DNA of 64,000 bases from NCBI GenBank assembly GCA_951406725.2, contig OX597815.1:40052001-40116000 (forward strand). The letters run 5' to 3'. The notes below the pieces were generated by a model. The model was given only the letters and a program-made list of their open reading frames with translations. It was not told the DNA's origin and did no database searches. This DNA is from Octopus vulgaris (taxonomy: Eukaryota). Within the stretch, counting starts at the first letter, position 1. Every line of letters starts with the position of its first letter. The translations under genes and the position numbers were made by a program. Shown in pieces: positions 36,340 through 49,853 of the stretch.

Positions 36340-38396
36340 TCCCGATTATAGTAATTCCTCTCCACCTATTCTATTAATGTCCTCATACACCAGCCTCTTT
36401 TAAAGTCTAAATCCAGTTCATAAACTAAAGAATATAATCTGGTAAAGTTGAAACACAATAATGTTTTATGTGTGTTTCAAAGATCCATCAATATATTTCT
36501 CAAGCATTCGTACCTTTGGGTTTATTTTTGCTTTAGATGATAATATCAATACTGAAATTATGTATATTTGCACAACTGGTAAAACTGAGAGAACACTGTT
36601 CTATCGGCCAAGACAGTTTACAGCCTATATCTCATCCAGAGATTTGTATTATCTCGATTACAAATACACAACTCTTAACAAACCAATCCATCTAAGCATT
36701 AAATTGTTATTATGGTGATGAATAATTGTCCAATTTAAGCACCGTTATCATAATGCAATCGAGTACAATGGATTACAGTACTCCTTTCTTGATTCATAAA
36801 CTGTTTCTGCAAACCATTGTAACTACAAGCTTTAGTTTGTAGGAATTTTTGCTATTTTTGGATTACATAGCATTAAAACTTCCTTTGTTGCAATAGATAG
36901 CATCAAATATAAGGAAAAGGCTAGAACCATAAATACAATTTTACTGTGAGTGAAATGCTTTCTGTTGCATAACCGATTATATATATTTCCTATCCTTTCT
37001 GTTTAATAATCGTTTATTTGAATGCCGTTACTTTGTGTTGTATTCTGAGCAAAATGAGCACAGCACTGAACCAATCAGAAAAACAGATATATTCTTAACA
37101 ATCCTATCATGCTAAGTTTTTGAAAGCCTAATTTAGCGTCAAGACATCAGCTTATAATTTATGAATGTAGTGTATACTGTCATTTTCGGGAATTTAGCAA
37201 TTAGTTTTTTCTTTTTGGAAGCACCCTTGAAAATGTCGGTATGCTTTATATCATTTTTCTTACTTAAAGTTAGCAAAGTGCTAAATGAACAAAAGTTAAC
37301 GAATAATTTACTAGTTTGCATAATCATATAAACACACGATCATCGCTATATATGATGGTACATGCGCTCACACACTTACACACACACATACACACACACA
37401 CAGTTTATGGGGAGGTTAGTGGATTATATTGACTTCAGTACTTACCTGCCACTTTAAGCTATCAGTTTTGAGAAGAGACAGACAGACACAGAGACAGCTT
37501 GTTTTGGTTGCAAATGCAAAGACAATGCTAATAACAAGCTTGGATCTTTCCAGATTGGAACGGAAATGTGGTGGGGCAGAAATTCCAAATGTGTGACATT
37601 CTAGGGAGTAATGCTTGGCTAAGGAGCTTAATTGAGAGATATTTGTTAAGACCGACTAAAGTGGTTGCTTAAACCCAGGTCAATCTTGGTTGAGCAGATT
37701 TGTAAAACTTCTCGGCTATCAATACAATGTTCACATTTAAGATGATAGGACGTAATTTGGCTGTTGTTTCTAATAAGCCAACGATCGTGTAGAATCAGCC
37801 ATGGAATTGGGGTGATCTGCTGTTATTCGTTAGAACCAATCAAACTACGACGGTGAAAGCTTGAGATGTTACTGAAGGTTAAATGGCAGCGGCGTTTCAA
37901 AGCACCATATAAATGAGCTGGATCAGTACGCAGTACAACTTTCGGGGGCTTTCGCTTCCACCACGTGCACTCTGACTCACATCAACCAAATGACCGGACA
38001 ACTGGGAAATGATGAACCATTCGGAGCTCTAGTTGTTATAGTTGCTGCCGTCGTTCTTTTGTCTGAAGTCATAAGGACGGACGGACGGATAGATGGATAC
38101 TAAAGTTTATTGTCAAACTTTCTGCTTATGTGTACCGTAATTTTAGCAAAATCCGCCGATTGTGAGGATAGACTATTTTGATTAATGTACTCAAGCCTTT
38201 TTACCTAAAGGGTATTTCACTACCAAGCTCAAAACAGGGGAATTTTGTTCTTTATTATATCAATGCGAAAAAAATAGCTTCTCTCCATTGAAGCCCAACA
38301 GACAATGAAAAATAACGAGTGTAAGTAGAAAGAAATATTCAGGAAAATACACGCAAACACACACACACCACCAAGCTGAGGGACATAGTAAACATA

Positions 38397-38790
38397 GGCG
38401 CAGACGTAGTTGTGTAGTAAGCAGTTTGCTTCCAACCACATGGTTTAGGATTCAGTCCCACCGTGTGGCACCTAGGGCGTCATTTCTACTATAGCCTAGG
38501 GCCGACCAAACCTTGTGAGTGTTTTTGGTAGAAGGAAACTGAAAGAAACCTGTCGTGTATATATGTGTGTATGTGTGTATCTGTGTGTCTTTGTTTTTGT
38601 CTCCCACCTTCTCTTGACAATCGGTGTTGGTGTATTTAAGTCCGCGTAACTTAGCGGTTCAACCAAAGTTACCGATATAATAAGTATCTGGCTTTAAAAA
38701 AGTATTGCGATCGATTCCTTCGACTAGGATTTCCCCAGGCGGTGCCCCAGCATGATCGCATTTTAATGACTGACACAAGTAAATGATTAA
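38397..38790 (+). mobile_element. tRNA-derived SINE with internal GT microsatellite
   Basis: ggcgcagacgtagttgtgtagtaag...ggattcagtcccac...ggaaactgaaagaa. Same family as 42130-42485. Confidence 0.85.
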
Positions 38791-39013
38791 AGATAAAACA
38801 TACAAAACTTAGACATAGAAAAGACGTGCGTATGAAACACAGACATCTAATAGCGAACACACCTGGACAAACACGGCAAACACTCACAAGAACTTAGACA
38901 CATATACATACGTAAAATACGTAGTATTTTGTGGTGGAACGGTAGTCAGAGTTGGCCTAGAATCAAACAACAAAAACTGAGCAAAAGCCACCAAATTATA
39001 ATCAAAATGTGAT

Positions 39014-39055
<42 letters not shown>

Positions 39056-39109
39056 ACGCGAGCACACACACACACACATACATACATACATACACACATA
39101 CATATATAT

Positions 39110-39355
39110 ATAGGACAGACGGGACACCGGTTGTCCGACCGATTCACAGAACATTTGAGGGACGTTCGCCTACACTCTTTTTCTCCCGTATCACGCCACT
39201 TCCGCTCGGCCAGCCATTCCCTAGATGACATCTCAGTGTTTGGTCTCGCCCCCCACAATGGTCGTCCACTTTCTAGGCTCCACTTGGAGCAACGCTACAT
39301 CTTCACCCTACAAACTACTACCCCACACGGACTTAACACAGCCCCCTCCTCCTAA
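39110..39355 (+). mobile_element. Penelope-like GIY-YIG endonuclease C-terminal fragment
   Basis: 'YIGQTGHRLSDRFTEHL...PVSRHF...EQRYIFTLQT..PHGLN'. Confidence 0.85.
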
Positions 39356-39379
39356 GGTTGTTTTTTTTCCGGATAAACA

Positions 39380-40987
39380 CCCCCCACGCACACACCTACC
39401 TACATCCCACACGCCTGTTCACACACACACATACGGATACACATCTACGTACACACATTCACACATTTAATCACACATAGACATACATGCACACACTAAC
39501 ATACAAACCAACATGCACATACATACACACATACATACATACACACACACATACATACTTACACACACACACACACACACAGACATACATACACACACAC
39601 ATACACACATACATACGCACATACATACACACACACACACGCACACACATCGCACATACATACTTCACACACCTATACTTACATACACACACACACATGC
39701 ACACATACATGTACGCACACACACATACATACACACATACCCACACATGCACACCTTTACACGAATGCACAACACATACACCTATTTGCACCCAGGCAAA
39801 CCCCCCCTCTTTTCTGCTTCTGGTTTTGGTTGTTGGTTCCTCGGTTCCCGTGGAGCAGGTCGTTCGGGGGCCCCCGCGCGCGTACGCCTTAGCGCGTGCA
39901 GGGGGTTGGTCGGCCCCATGGGCTTGCGTTGTATTGTTTGTGTGTTGCGTTTGTGAGCGTGCTTCGTGTGTGTGGGCGTGCTTCGGGTGTGTGCGTGCGT
40001 ATGTATACATACATACCCACACACACGCATGCATCCCTACCCACATACATACACGCACACCTACTCACACACACACTTACACACACACATACACACACAC
40101 ACACATACCCGCACACACACACACATACATACATACACACACATACCTACTTCAGACATACACATACACACATACACTCACACTCACACACACACACACA
40201 CACACACATACACACGCACACGCACACATACACACACACAACTACATACATACATTACACTTGTACACACACACACTTACATTCATACACACACACACCT
40301 ACACAGCCATACCTTCACTCATACATACACACATACCTACACACACACACAAACACTCACACAGACACACACCCATACATACATACACCTATACACACAC
40401 GCCTACACACATACATACACACATACATAAACACACACACATACACATACATACGCACACACACATATACTTACACACATGCACACACACATACATACAT
40501 ACATACATACATACACCCACACACATACACATACACATACTTACATACTCCTATACGCACATACATACACACAGACATACACACATACACACTCACACAT
40601 ACACACACACATACTTACACACACACTCGCCTGCACGCGCACACACACGCATGACTAACACCCATACACTCACACTCACATACACACACACCAACATATA
40701 CACACACTCACATACACACACACACCACACATACACATACATACGCACACATACACACACACACGCATACATACGCACACACACGCATACATACATATAT
40801 TACACACGTACACACACACCTACATACACATGCATACACACACACACACAAACACACACGGACACACCCATACATACATACATACACCTATACACACACG
40901 CCCACACACCTACATACACACACATGCATACACACACACACACGGACACATATATATATATATATATATACATTTATATATATATAT

Positions 40988-41085
<98 letters not shown>
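39380..41085. repeat. ~1.7-kb degenerate (CA/TACA)n tract ending in (TA)n(GA)n, with a ~200-bp GC-rich island at ~39780-39990
   Basis: Visible in sequence. It produces spurious H/T/Y-rich ORFs. Confidence 0.95.
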
Positions 41086-41086
<1 letters not shown>

Positions 41087-41091
41087 ATATA

Positions 41092-41974
41092 TAGAGTGGG
41101 TGGAAAGTAACTAGGCATTAGAAATTATTTATACAATCTGTAGTATCACTGAAATCATGACGAAAATATTTTTTAAACAGACAACACTAATGGGGATTTC
41201 TTATTTTTTTGTTGTCTAATTTCTTATTTTCCAGATGGCCAGTCGCTTGACTGTTCAGGAGCAAGCTAACATAGCAGCATGCAATGAAGTGTGGAATTCC
41301 ATTGTTTTGGTACAGAGATAGTAATGTGCATGGAAAGGTAAGCATGCAACACTTTGTCCGCAGACAATAAAAAGTTGTCATGCAAAGCTGATGACCACGT
41401 CTCTGTGAACGATGCAAGAAGTGGCCGTCCAACCACATCGCGATCAGCGGGGAACGGAGCAATAGTTCAGGAAATGATACATCGCATCCCGCAAAAATCA
41501 ACGAGTCAAGCAGCTCGTGAATGTCGACTAACAAGATACACAATACGTACGGTGTTATATAAAGAATTGAATTTTCGTCCATGGGAACCCCATTACGTGC
41601 AGGAGCTAAAGCTTGAAGACTGTGATCACAGAATGGAATATGGAATGGCCTCCAAGAAATCCAGATCTCACTCCCTGTGATTTTTACCTGCGGGGTTACA
41701 CAAAAAAGGTGTACAAGACAAAATTTCGCACACTGGAGGACTTGGAGACACGGATTCAGGAGGTTCTTAATGATATCCCAGAGGACAACCTTCAGAAGGT
41801 TTTTCATTTCATCCCTGACCATTTGAGGAAACTGGATGACGCCACCGGTGCTTACTTTAATTTTACCACGTAACACAGAACATGTATTATTCGTTTCAAT
41901 TTGTTTCAATTTGTTAAAAGAAATATGGATTTTATTACTAATTTTTAATCCCTACTTATTTTTCACCCACTCTG
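41092..41974 (+). mobile_element. Tc1/mariner DD41D(rosa)-like transposon, internally deleted
   Basis: TIRs tagagtgggtggaaagtaa / ttatttttcacccactctg|TA. 'SGRP..R' HTH region joined directly to 'WPPRNPDLTPCDFYL.GY'. Subfamily is inferred from this motif only. Confidence 0.8.
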
Positions 41975-42129
41975 TATATACTTTATGACTTTATTCTCTT
42001 GCTGGTTTCAGTCATGGAACCACATCCAGGTACTCGCAAAATGATACATATAACATATATAGATAAATACATACGAACATACATACATGTGCGCGCGCGC
42101 GCACAAGCATATATATCTCTTTTTTTTTT

Positions 42130-42270
42130 TACTTGTTTCAGTCATTTGACTGTGGCCATGCTGAAACACCGCCTTTAGTCGAGCAAAACGACCCCAGGAT
42201 TTATTCTTTGTAAGCTTTGTACTTATTCTATCGGTCTCTTTTGTCGAACTGCTACGTTACGGGGACGTAA

Positions 42271-42319
<49 letters not shown>

Positions 42320-42485
42320 TACGACGGGCTTCTTTCAGTTTCCGTCTACCAAATCCACTCACAAGGCTTTGATCGGCCCGAGGCTATAGTAGAAGACGCT
42401 TACCCAAGGTGCCACGCAGTGGGACTGAACCCGGAACTATGTGTTTGGCAAGCAAGCTACTTACCACACAGCCACTCCTACGCCT
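42130..42485 (-). mobile_element. tRNA-derived SINE (family of 38397-38790)
   Basis: Minus strand ggcgtaggagtggctgtgtggtaagtagcttgc...gggttcagtcccactgcgtggcacc. Confidence 0.88.
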
Positions 42486-42539
42486 ATATAGGAGAGTATT
42501 GTAGTTCGCTTGGAGCATTGTGTATTGTTTGTAAAATAT

Positions 42540-43520
42540 AATGTGTCTTGAATGGCACAACAATGCACTATAACAACATTTACCCGTAGGCACAAATCTG
42601 TGTAACACGGGGCAGTTTGCTAGTGTTCATTGATTGCTGTCCCTTGCTCGTTTCTTTGCGAGGTGTCTTCTGAGAAAGGGGCCTGAGTGGGCTAGTTGTA
42701 TGTCTAGTTCTTCTCTTCTTATGGCTAAAATGGGGTATTTTAAGGAAGCATGTGTTGCTGGGTTTTCTTTGTGTTCGGTGTGTTTGTCGTCTTGGGTACT
42801 TAAGCCGATTTACAATGGATATAGGGTACCCGTTGGTTTTCTCTCTGAGAAGACACCTCGCAAAGAAACAGCAAAGGACAGCCATCAATGCACACTAGCA
42901 AACTGCCCCGTCTGTGACACAGACTTATGCCTACGGGTAAATGTGTATAGAATACAGTGTAACAAATGCAACAAGTTCTATGTGGGTAGCACAACAAGAC
43001 CGTTACACATTCGCATCAATGAACATCTAAACACGAGAGCCTCCTCCTTTAGAAAACATCTAAACAGATGCTAGAATACCGACAAAAGCATAACAGTCAC
43101 AATTGAGGCCAATGAAAGAAATCTGGGTAATCTAAGAATTAAGGAAGGTATCCTCATAGACAGATTAGGTCCCCAATATATTATTTAGCTACATCTGAAT
43201 GCATGTAGGTTCATTTCTGATAACATGCTCATATATTGTTTATAAAATAAAAGAGAGAATAAAAAATATAAAAAAGGAAACTGCATGTATAATACATAAC
43301 TTAGAATCAGCGCTACGGATGTGCCAACACACACGAGTTTGAGACATGGCCGCCCTCACGCACTTCTCATGAGGAATTCCGGAAGGAACTTCGTGAGACC
43401 ACTGCAGAGGCGCTTTTGGGAGAAAAAAAACCGTTGGAAAACCGATTATAGCAGTGACTCGATCAATTTCTAGGGATATCTGAAGGAGGAATTTTTGTAT
43501 GCCGAAATATTATATCAAAG
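42540..43520. mobile_element. Penelope-like element: inverted 5' segment (minus) + GIY-YIG ORF remnant (plus) + pLTR
   Basis: 'CTLANCPVCD...VYRIQCNKCNKFYVGSTTRPLHIRINEH'. 42570-42676 is an inverted, diverged copy of 42843-42950. Confidence 0.8.
43475..43516 (+). ncRNA. Degenerate minimal hammerhead ribozyme in a Penelope pLTR
   Basis: gatat-CTGAAG(G)A-gg...tatgcc-GAAA-TAT-T-atatc. Stem I is 5 bp and stem III is palindromic. Core and stem II are mutated. Confidence 0.55.
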
Positions 43521-43600
43521 GATGATTAAATTATAACAGTCTTTATAGTCCATTGTTGTTAATATAGTACATTGTCGTGCCATTCCAGACACATTATATA

Positions 43601-44869
43601 CAAGGTGTCCCGAAATTATGCAACCGAAGCTTCGGGTTTTAATAACTATCAATAAATGTGATAAAATATGAAAATTATACATCATTATAAAAGCTTAGTG
43701 TGTCTTCTTTTTGTTTCAGACTAAATAAACTCAAATTTATAAAATAAATAATGCCTATAGACCGAAATACAATCATAACCCCCACAAAGGAGGCTAAAGT
43801 AAAACAGTTATAGCAAAAAAGCTTTAAATTAACCGAAAAACAGTCTGGAAAATTGACAAGAAATTTCAAATGAATTGTTCGACCGCTGAATGACTAGGAT
43901 GTGACCAAAAAAGAAGTATGCTGACCCCTCGGCTTATCAACGGTACCAGAGAAAAAATATGGCGAAATCCTCGTCGTTTCATCAGAAAACTTGTAGCCAC
44001 AGCGAAAATAAGCCGAACATCGATGTATCGAGTGCTGAAAGAGGATCTCAGGACCCATCCCTACAAGATGATCCGCTATCATGCGCTCACGGGTGTTTAT
44101 AAGGCCATGTGACTGAAGAGAAGTCGTTTTATCCTGCGTCAGTTTGCTGAAGACATGCTTCCCGACCTGGTGTTCACTGATGAAAAGAAATTTGACATCG
44201 AACGGACAGTAAACCACTAGAATGACCGACTTTGGAGTGTATCTGGCTCCGTTGAGGATACACTTGTAAATCGACGTCAAAATCCACAGTTAGTTATGGT
44301 TTGGGTGACTGTGACAACTACTGGAAGGTCTCCCCACGTTTTTGTACCCTCCGGTGTTAAAATTAACACCCAGCAATACATTAGCGACATTCTGGGAGCT
44401 GAACTGCTTCCATGAGTGAATGAGTCACCTTGGAATACCTCCAACAGGACTCGGCATCATCCCACAACTCGAAACAGACACAACAAAAGATTCAGAAAAA
44501 CATTCCGTCGTTCATAGGCAAGGATGTATGGCCCTCAAGAACCCCCAATCTCAACCCGTTGGATTTTTGTTTGGTCCATTTTTGAGACGAGGGTCTCGAG
44601 CACTCATGCTTTGCTCGACGCTTTGAAGACAAAACTATACCAGGAATGGGATTCGATTCGGCAAAACCAGCTGCGCGCTGCGTGTGAGGCATTTGTACCT
44701 AGATATAAGGCTGTGATTCGAAACAGAGGAGGTCATATCGAATAAATGTGGTAGTGTCATAACTGTGTTTCCTTTACCGTTGCATTGCAACGCTCAGGCC
44801 TGAAATATAACTATATTTTGCTTTAGCAAAATTGAAAGAAGTTGGTTGCCTTAATTTTGAATCACCCTG
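43601..44869 (+). mobile_element. DD37D (maT-like) transposon, pseudogenised, third family
   Basis: TA|caaggtgtcccgaaattatgcaacc ... ggttgccttaattttgaatcaccctg|TA. 'VFTDEKKF', 'QQDSASSH' and 'WPSRTPNLNPLDF'. Confidence 0.9.
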
Positions 44870-45585
44870 TATAAGTACATACACACTCATGCATCATGTC
44901 ATATTGAAGGCTACTTGATTGGTTTTATGGGGGTTTTGATTGGTTTTATGAGGGGTTTTTTTTTTCATTTTCTGATTAATCCTTTACGTTTGTGTAATAG
45001 CGAGCAAAGATCATGGGAAAGATATTGTATCTGATAAAACATTTTTTGTTGTTTTCCCCCTTTTAGTATGCAGATAAATTACGCTAACAATAAACGAAGA
45101 ACAGTTACGGGAATTAAATGAATTTATGATTAAAAATATTAAGCCCGTTGTTACATCATTCCAGAAGAAGAATTTGAGCATGAGTTTAGAATTCGCAAAA
45201 TGACATTATCCAATGTCCGCTATCACTGATACATGATCCACCTAAAGTCATTCCATTCCATTCTTGTCCAACCTACTGACGTGTACAATTGACCAAAAGG
45301 CTAACCGAACCAAGGCCCAATCTGAGTGGTTAATTTTTGATGATTCAACAGAAAAGTATAACTAGCAACTGGGAGTTAACAATAAGTAGACTGAATACAA
45401 TTAGTACTACCAGGAATTGATTGTTAATCTTCTTGTGGCCAAGCATCGTGTGAAGAGGAGAGTATTGAACCCTCAGGTAAATGGACATAGCATACATGAT
45501 TCCAATAAATAGTTATATTGAATACTTCGATGCTTAATATCATATTTATATATATGCGTGTGTGTGTATCTATTTATCTATCTAT

Positions 45586-46000
<415 letters not shown>

Positions 46001-46009
46001 TGCGTGTAT

Positions 46010-46505
46010 AGGTAACGGTAGAGCCAAGATAGATAAACTTCTCCACCTCCTGTAGTCTGTGGTCTCCAATATGTATGCTTGGGATGTCCGATGTAGCCTG
46101 ATCCATGATGTTGGTCTTCTTGAGGCTGATAACTAAGCCAAGTCGCTACATGCTTGCTTAAAACAGTTGATGAGCCTTTGCAGGTCTTCTTCTGTGTGTC
46201 ATGCCAGAGCGACATCATCAGCAAATAGCATTTCCTTGATCAGGACGCTTCTGATTTTGGTCTTGGCACGCAGACACGAGTGACTGAACAGTTTCCCGTC
46301 ACTTCTACTGCGCAGAAATACTCTATCATTTGATGTCTCAAAGGCATGTGACAGCAGCACCGAGAAGATGCCAAATAATGTAGGAGCAAGGACATAACCT
46401 TGCTTTACGCCGTTTTTTATTTGGAAGGCGGCTGATGTTGAACCATTGTGCTGTATGGTGCCTTGCATATCATCATGGAAAGATTTGATGATCCTCAGCA
46501 GCTTT
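46010..46505 (-). mobile_element. RTE-like LINE RT fragment
   Basis: 'GVKQGYVLAPTLF', 'MLFADDVAL' and 'VEKFIYLGS'. A short plus-strand RTE piece abuts it at ~46505-46580. Confidence 0.85.
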
Positions 46506-46579
46506 GGTGTACTTAGCACTCTACTGTATGGAAGTGAGACTTGGGCGCCATACACACGCCAAGAGCGTCGCCTAAATAT

Positions 46580-47375
46580 CCTTTATGAGGATCTTTATTA
46601 GTGATTTCGGTTATTTATGGCTTTTAATGATCTTATGTGTGTGTAAAATTTCCTTTAATTTGAGGTCCTTATGTAGCATTGGTAAATTTGGGGTGATGAT
46701 GGCGAAGGCTTCTTTGCTTCTGGGGTTGTATGAGGATATGTACGGCAGTATTTTCAGGGAAGGTGTGTTGCTGTGTTGAACTTTTTTTGAGGTTTCTATG
46801 TTGATTTGTGTTGCACGTCTGATTCCATCCTTTATGAGATGAACCAGGTAGTATCTGTCAATTAGGGTGTTTTTGAGTTCTTGCAGTCTAAAGTCTCTGG
46901 TATTTTTTCTGACACTATTGCACATATCCTTCTTGTAAGGTTGAAGGGGATTTTGTTTTGGTGTGTCTTGGGTGTCATGAATTAAATAGTAGATGTTGTT
47001 TGACGTCTGTGGTTTTGTAAAATATGTACTTTTCTATTTTTAGGTTTATCTTTTTAATTAGTAAATCCAAGAATAGGAGCTCTTTTTGGTTGTACTCCAT
47101 TATGAACAGTATGTTTTGGTTGACGCTGTTCAATAGTCTTTTGCATTTCAGAAGTTTGTCAGTGCTTTCATTCCAGCGTATGAAACAGTCGTCTAGGAAT
47201 CTTTTCCAATTTTCTTTTATGTATTGGGAAAGGGGGTTTCCAAAGATAGATAAAGATTCCTGGTATATTACTATTTCCTGATAGCCCATTTTTAGGTTCG
47301 TAATGACTGGGGCTGCTCTACTGCCCAAGGGAATTCCGGATTTTTGTCGATAAAACGTATTGTCAAACATGAAAT
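46580..47375 (-). mobile_element. Penelope-like RT fragment
   Basis: '[14 protein letters not shown]', 'WKRFLDDCF', 'FLDLLI' and 'YKTTD..Q.L.FNS'. Confidence 0.85.
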
Positions 47376-47429
47376 GTATATATATATATATAAATATATA
47401 CACATACACATAAAGGTGTATATATATGC

Positions 47430-47535
<106 letters not shown>

Positions 47536-47540
47536 ATGTA

Positions 47541-47602
<62 letters not shown>

Positions 47603-47855
47603 AATGTATGCATGTATGAATTAACATTTATTGCCAAACTAACGTAAAAACCTTCGAACAGGGCGTATTCATCAACATCCCTTTATTCGCTTGGCACCCA
47701 CAGACCGGTTTCGGGGTAGTTGTTGACCTCTGTTCGAAGGTATTATTTATATATATTCAGTGAAACAGATTCACTGATTTCCAAAAATATGTGTGTATGT
47801 GTGTATATATATATATATATGTGCGTGTGTGTGTATGTGCGTGTTTCTGTGTATG

Positions 47856-47958
<103 letters not shown>

Positions 47959-48006
47959 GCATATGCATAAATATATATACATATATATATATATGTATAT
48001 ATATAT

Positions 48007-48454
48007 CGGATCCACAGATCCTATCGCTTTTGTCGAATGAAGCGTTTGAAGAATTCAAACGCTTCAAACATCGCAGTAGAACGCTCGATTGACAGTCTCG
48101 CCCCGAAGGACGAATTCGCTATGCACAATACCACATTGGCACTCTTGACAGTTCTTCCAGATCGCTCAGCGTCTTCCAGGGACGTTGAAGCATACTCAAT
48201 GTCTCTGTAGTCGACTTCCCAAGTTTAACGCAGAATTTCTCATTGGCTTTTTGCTCCAATTTTCTGTCCACGACAAAATTGCGGACTACATCATACAAGT
48301 GATCACAAAAGCAAAAATTTCACAACTTGCAAAGTGAACACAGAGATATGACTCGGTACACTGCTTCATAAAAGTCACCGCTAGCTCTCACTACGCACGC
48401 AACCGTGTGTTGCCATCTACAGAACTAGTCCGAGAACTTTCTGATACCACCTCG
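48007..48454 (-). mobile_element. Mariner 5' fragment
   Basis: Minus-strand TIR TA|cgaggtggtatcagaaagttc. N-terminal 'EQKANEKFCVKLGKSTTETLSML'. Confidence 0.75.
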
Positions 48455-48521
48455 TATGTATGTGTGTATATACAGATCTGTGTGTGTGTTTGTATATATG
48501 TGAGGGGGATGTGTATGTATG

Positions 48522-48560
<39 letters not shown>

Positions 48561-48619
48561 ATGCATGTGTCTGTATACTCATATTTACTTAAATGTATGT
48601 ATTAATATATATGTATATA

Positions 48620-48655
<36 letters not shown>

Positions 48656-48710
48656 AAAATTATTGTTATTGTTAGTCACTGTGGTGATTATAACAAACCT
48701 ATTTGAAATG

Positions 48711-49853
48711 CGAGGGGAAATCAAAAATTATCTGCATTTTCGCCATAACATATCTTTATTATTGTCACACTGCCTTCTGCGCATGCGTGCTTATAGTTCG
48801 TATTATTATGGTCACGTGATTGATTTTTGAGCCTGATCCCGCCATTTTTCTTTCTGGATTTTCTGTGTAAGAATGGCCGCCCCTCTAGCAATGTGCGCTA
48901 TAGAAAAACAAAGAGCAGTGATCCGATTTCGTTGGACGGAAGGTGTGTCAGGTGCTGAAATTCATTGGACAAGCGTGATGCACGAAGAAGAAGCAGAACG
49001 CCCGTCAACCTCCACTACTGACGAGAAGATTTAGCAAGCTCTAAAGATGTTAATGGTGAACCGGCGAGTAATTATCGATGTGGTAGCTCGTTCTCTGCAG
49101 ATTAATCATGGTTCTGTTTATCAAATCATCCAGGATGAGCTCGCCTTCCATAAAGTCTGTGCAAGATGGGTGACAAGGAAGCTTACTGCAGAGCACATGC
49201 ACAAACGTCTTGAGGCCTGCCAACGTTTACTCGATCGCTACAACAATGAAGAATTTTTGAGCAAAATAGTCACAGGAGATGAAACGTAGGTCCATCTTTA
49301 TGAGGCAGAATCCAAAAGATAGAGTATGGAGTGGAAACATATTGGCTCGCCAGCGACGAAGAAATTCAAGACTCAGTCTTTCGCGGGAAAGGTGGTGCTA
49401 ACCCTTTTTTGTGACTCAAAAGGGCCTATACAATCAACAGTGCAAGATACAGGGCTTTGCTGACCAACAAACTGAAGCTAGCAATTCGCCCCAAACGCTG
49501 AAACCTATTGTCGACCATTGAAACCATTAACCAATTGGGTTTTGAGGTGCCGGCACACCCTACTTACAGCCCAGATCTCGCCCCTTCCGACAATCATATC
49601 TTTGGACCGCTCAGAGATGGTTTACGAGGTCGTTGACTTCCTACGGATGAAGATGTGAAAGAAGCGGTGCATAAATGGTTGCACGACCAACTGAAAACTT
49701 TCTTGGAGGGAATACGCAAGCTTGTGGACCGCTGGACCAAGTGTACCGAAAAGGAGGGAGACTATATAGAAAAATGACGTGCTTTTTTATCCCCTGCTTT
49801 TGTGTAAATACTTTGAAAAAACAGGCGTGAGTATAATTTTTGACTCTCCCTCG
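48711..49853 (+). mobile_element. Mariner (DD34D-type) transposon, pseudogenised
   Basis: TIRs cgaggggaaatcaaaaattat / ataatttttgactctccctcg|TA. 'KVCARWV', 'IVTGDET' and 'HPTYSPDLAPSD'. Confidence 0.92.

Noticed and set aside
39487-41049. 520-aa His/Thr-rich ORF and overlapping ORFs
   Set aside because: Translation of a (CA)n-rich tract, open in many frames simply because it lacks stop codons.
43363-43400. Hairpin tctcatgaggaattcc-ggaa-ggaacttcgtgaga as a SECIS element of a selenoprotein-encoding Penelope
   Set aside because: The spacing between ATGA and GA is too short for SECIS helix II plus loop, and no in-frame Sec codon could be supported.
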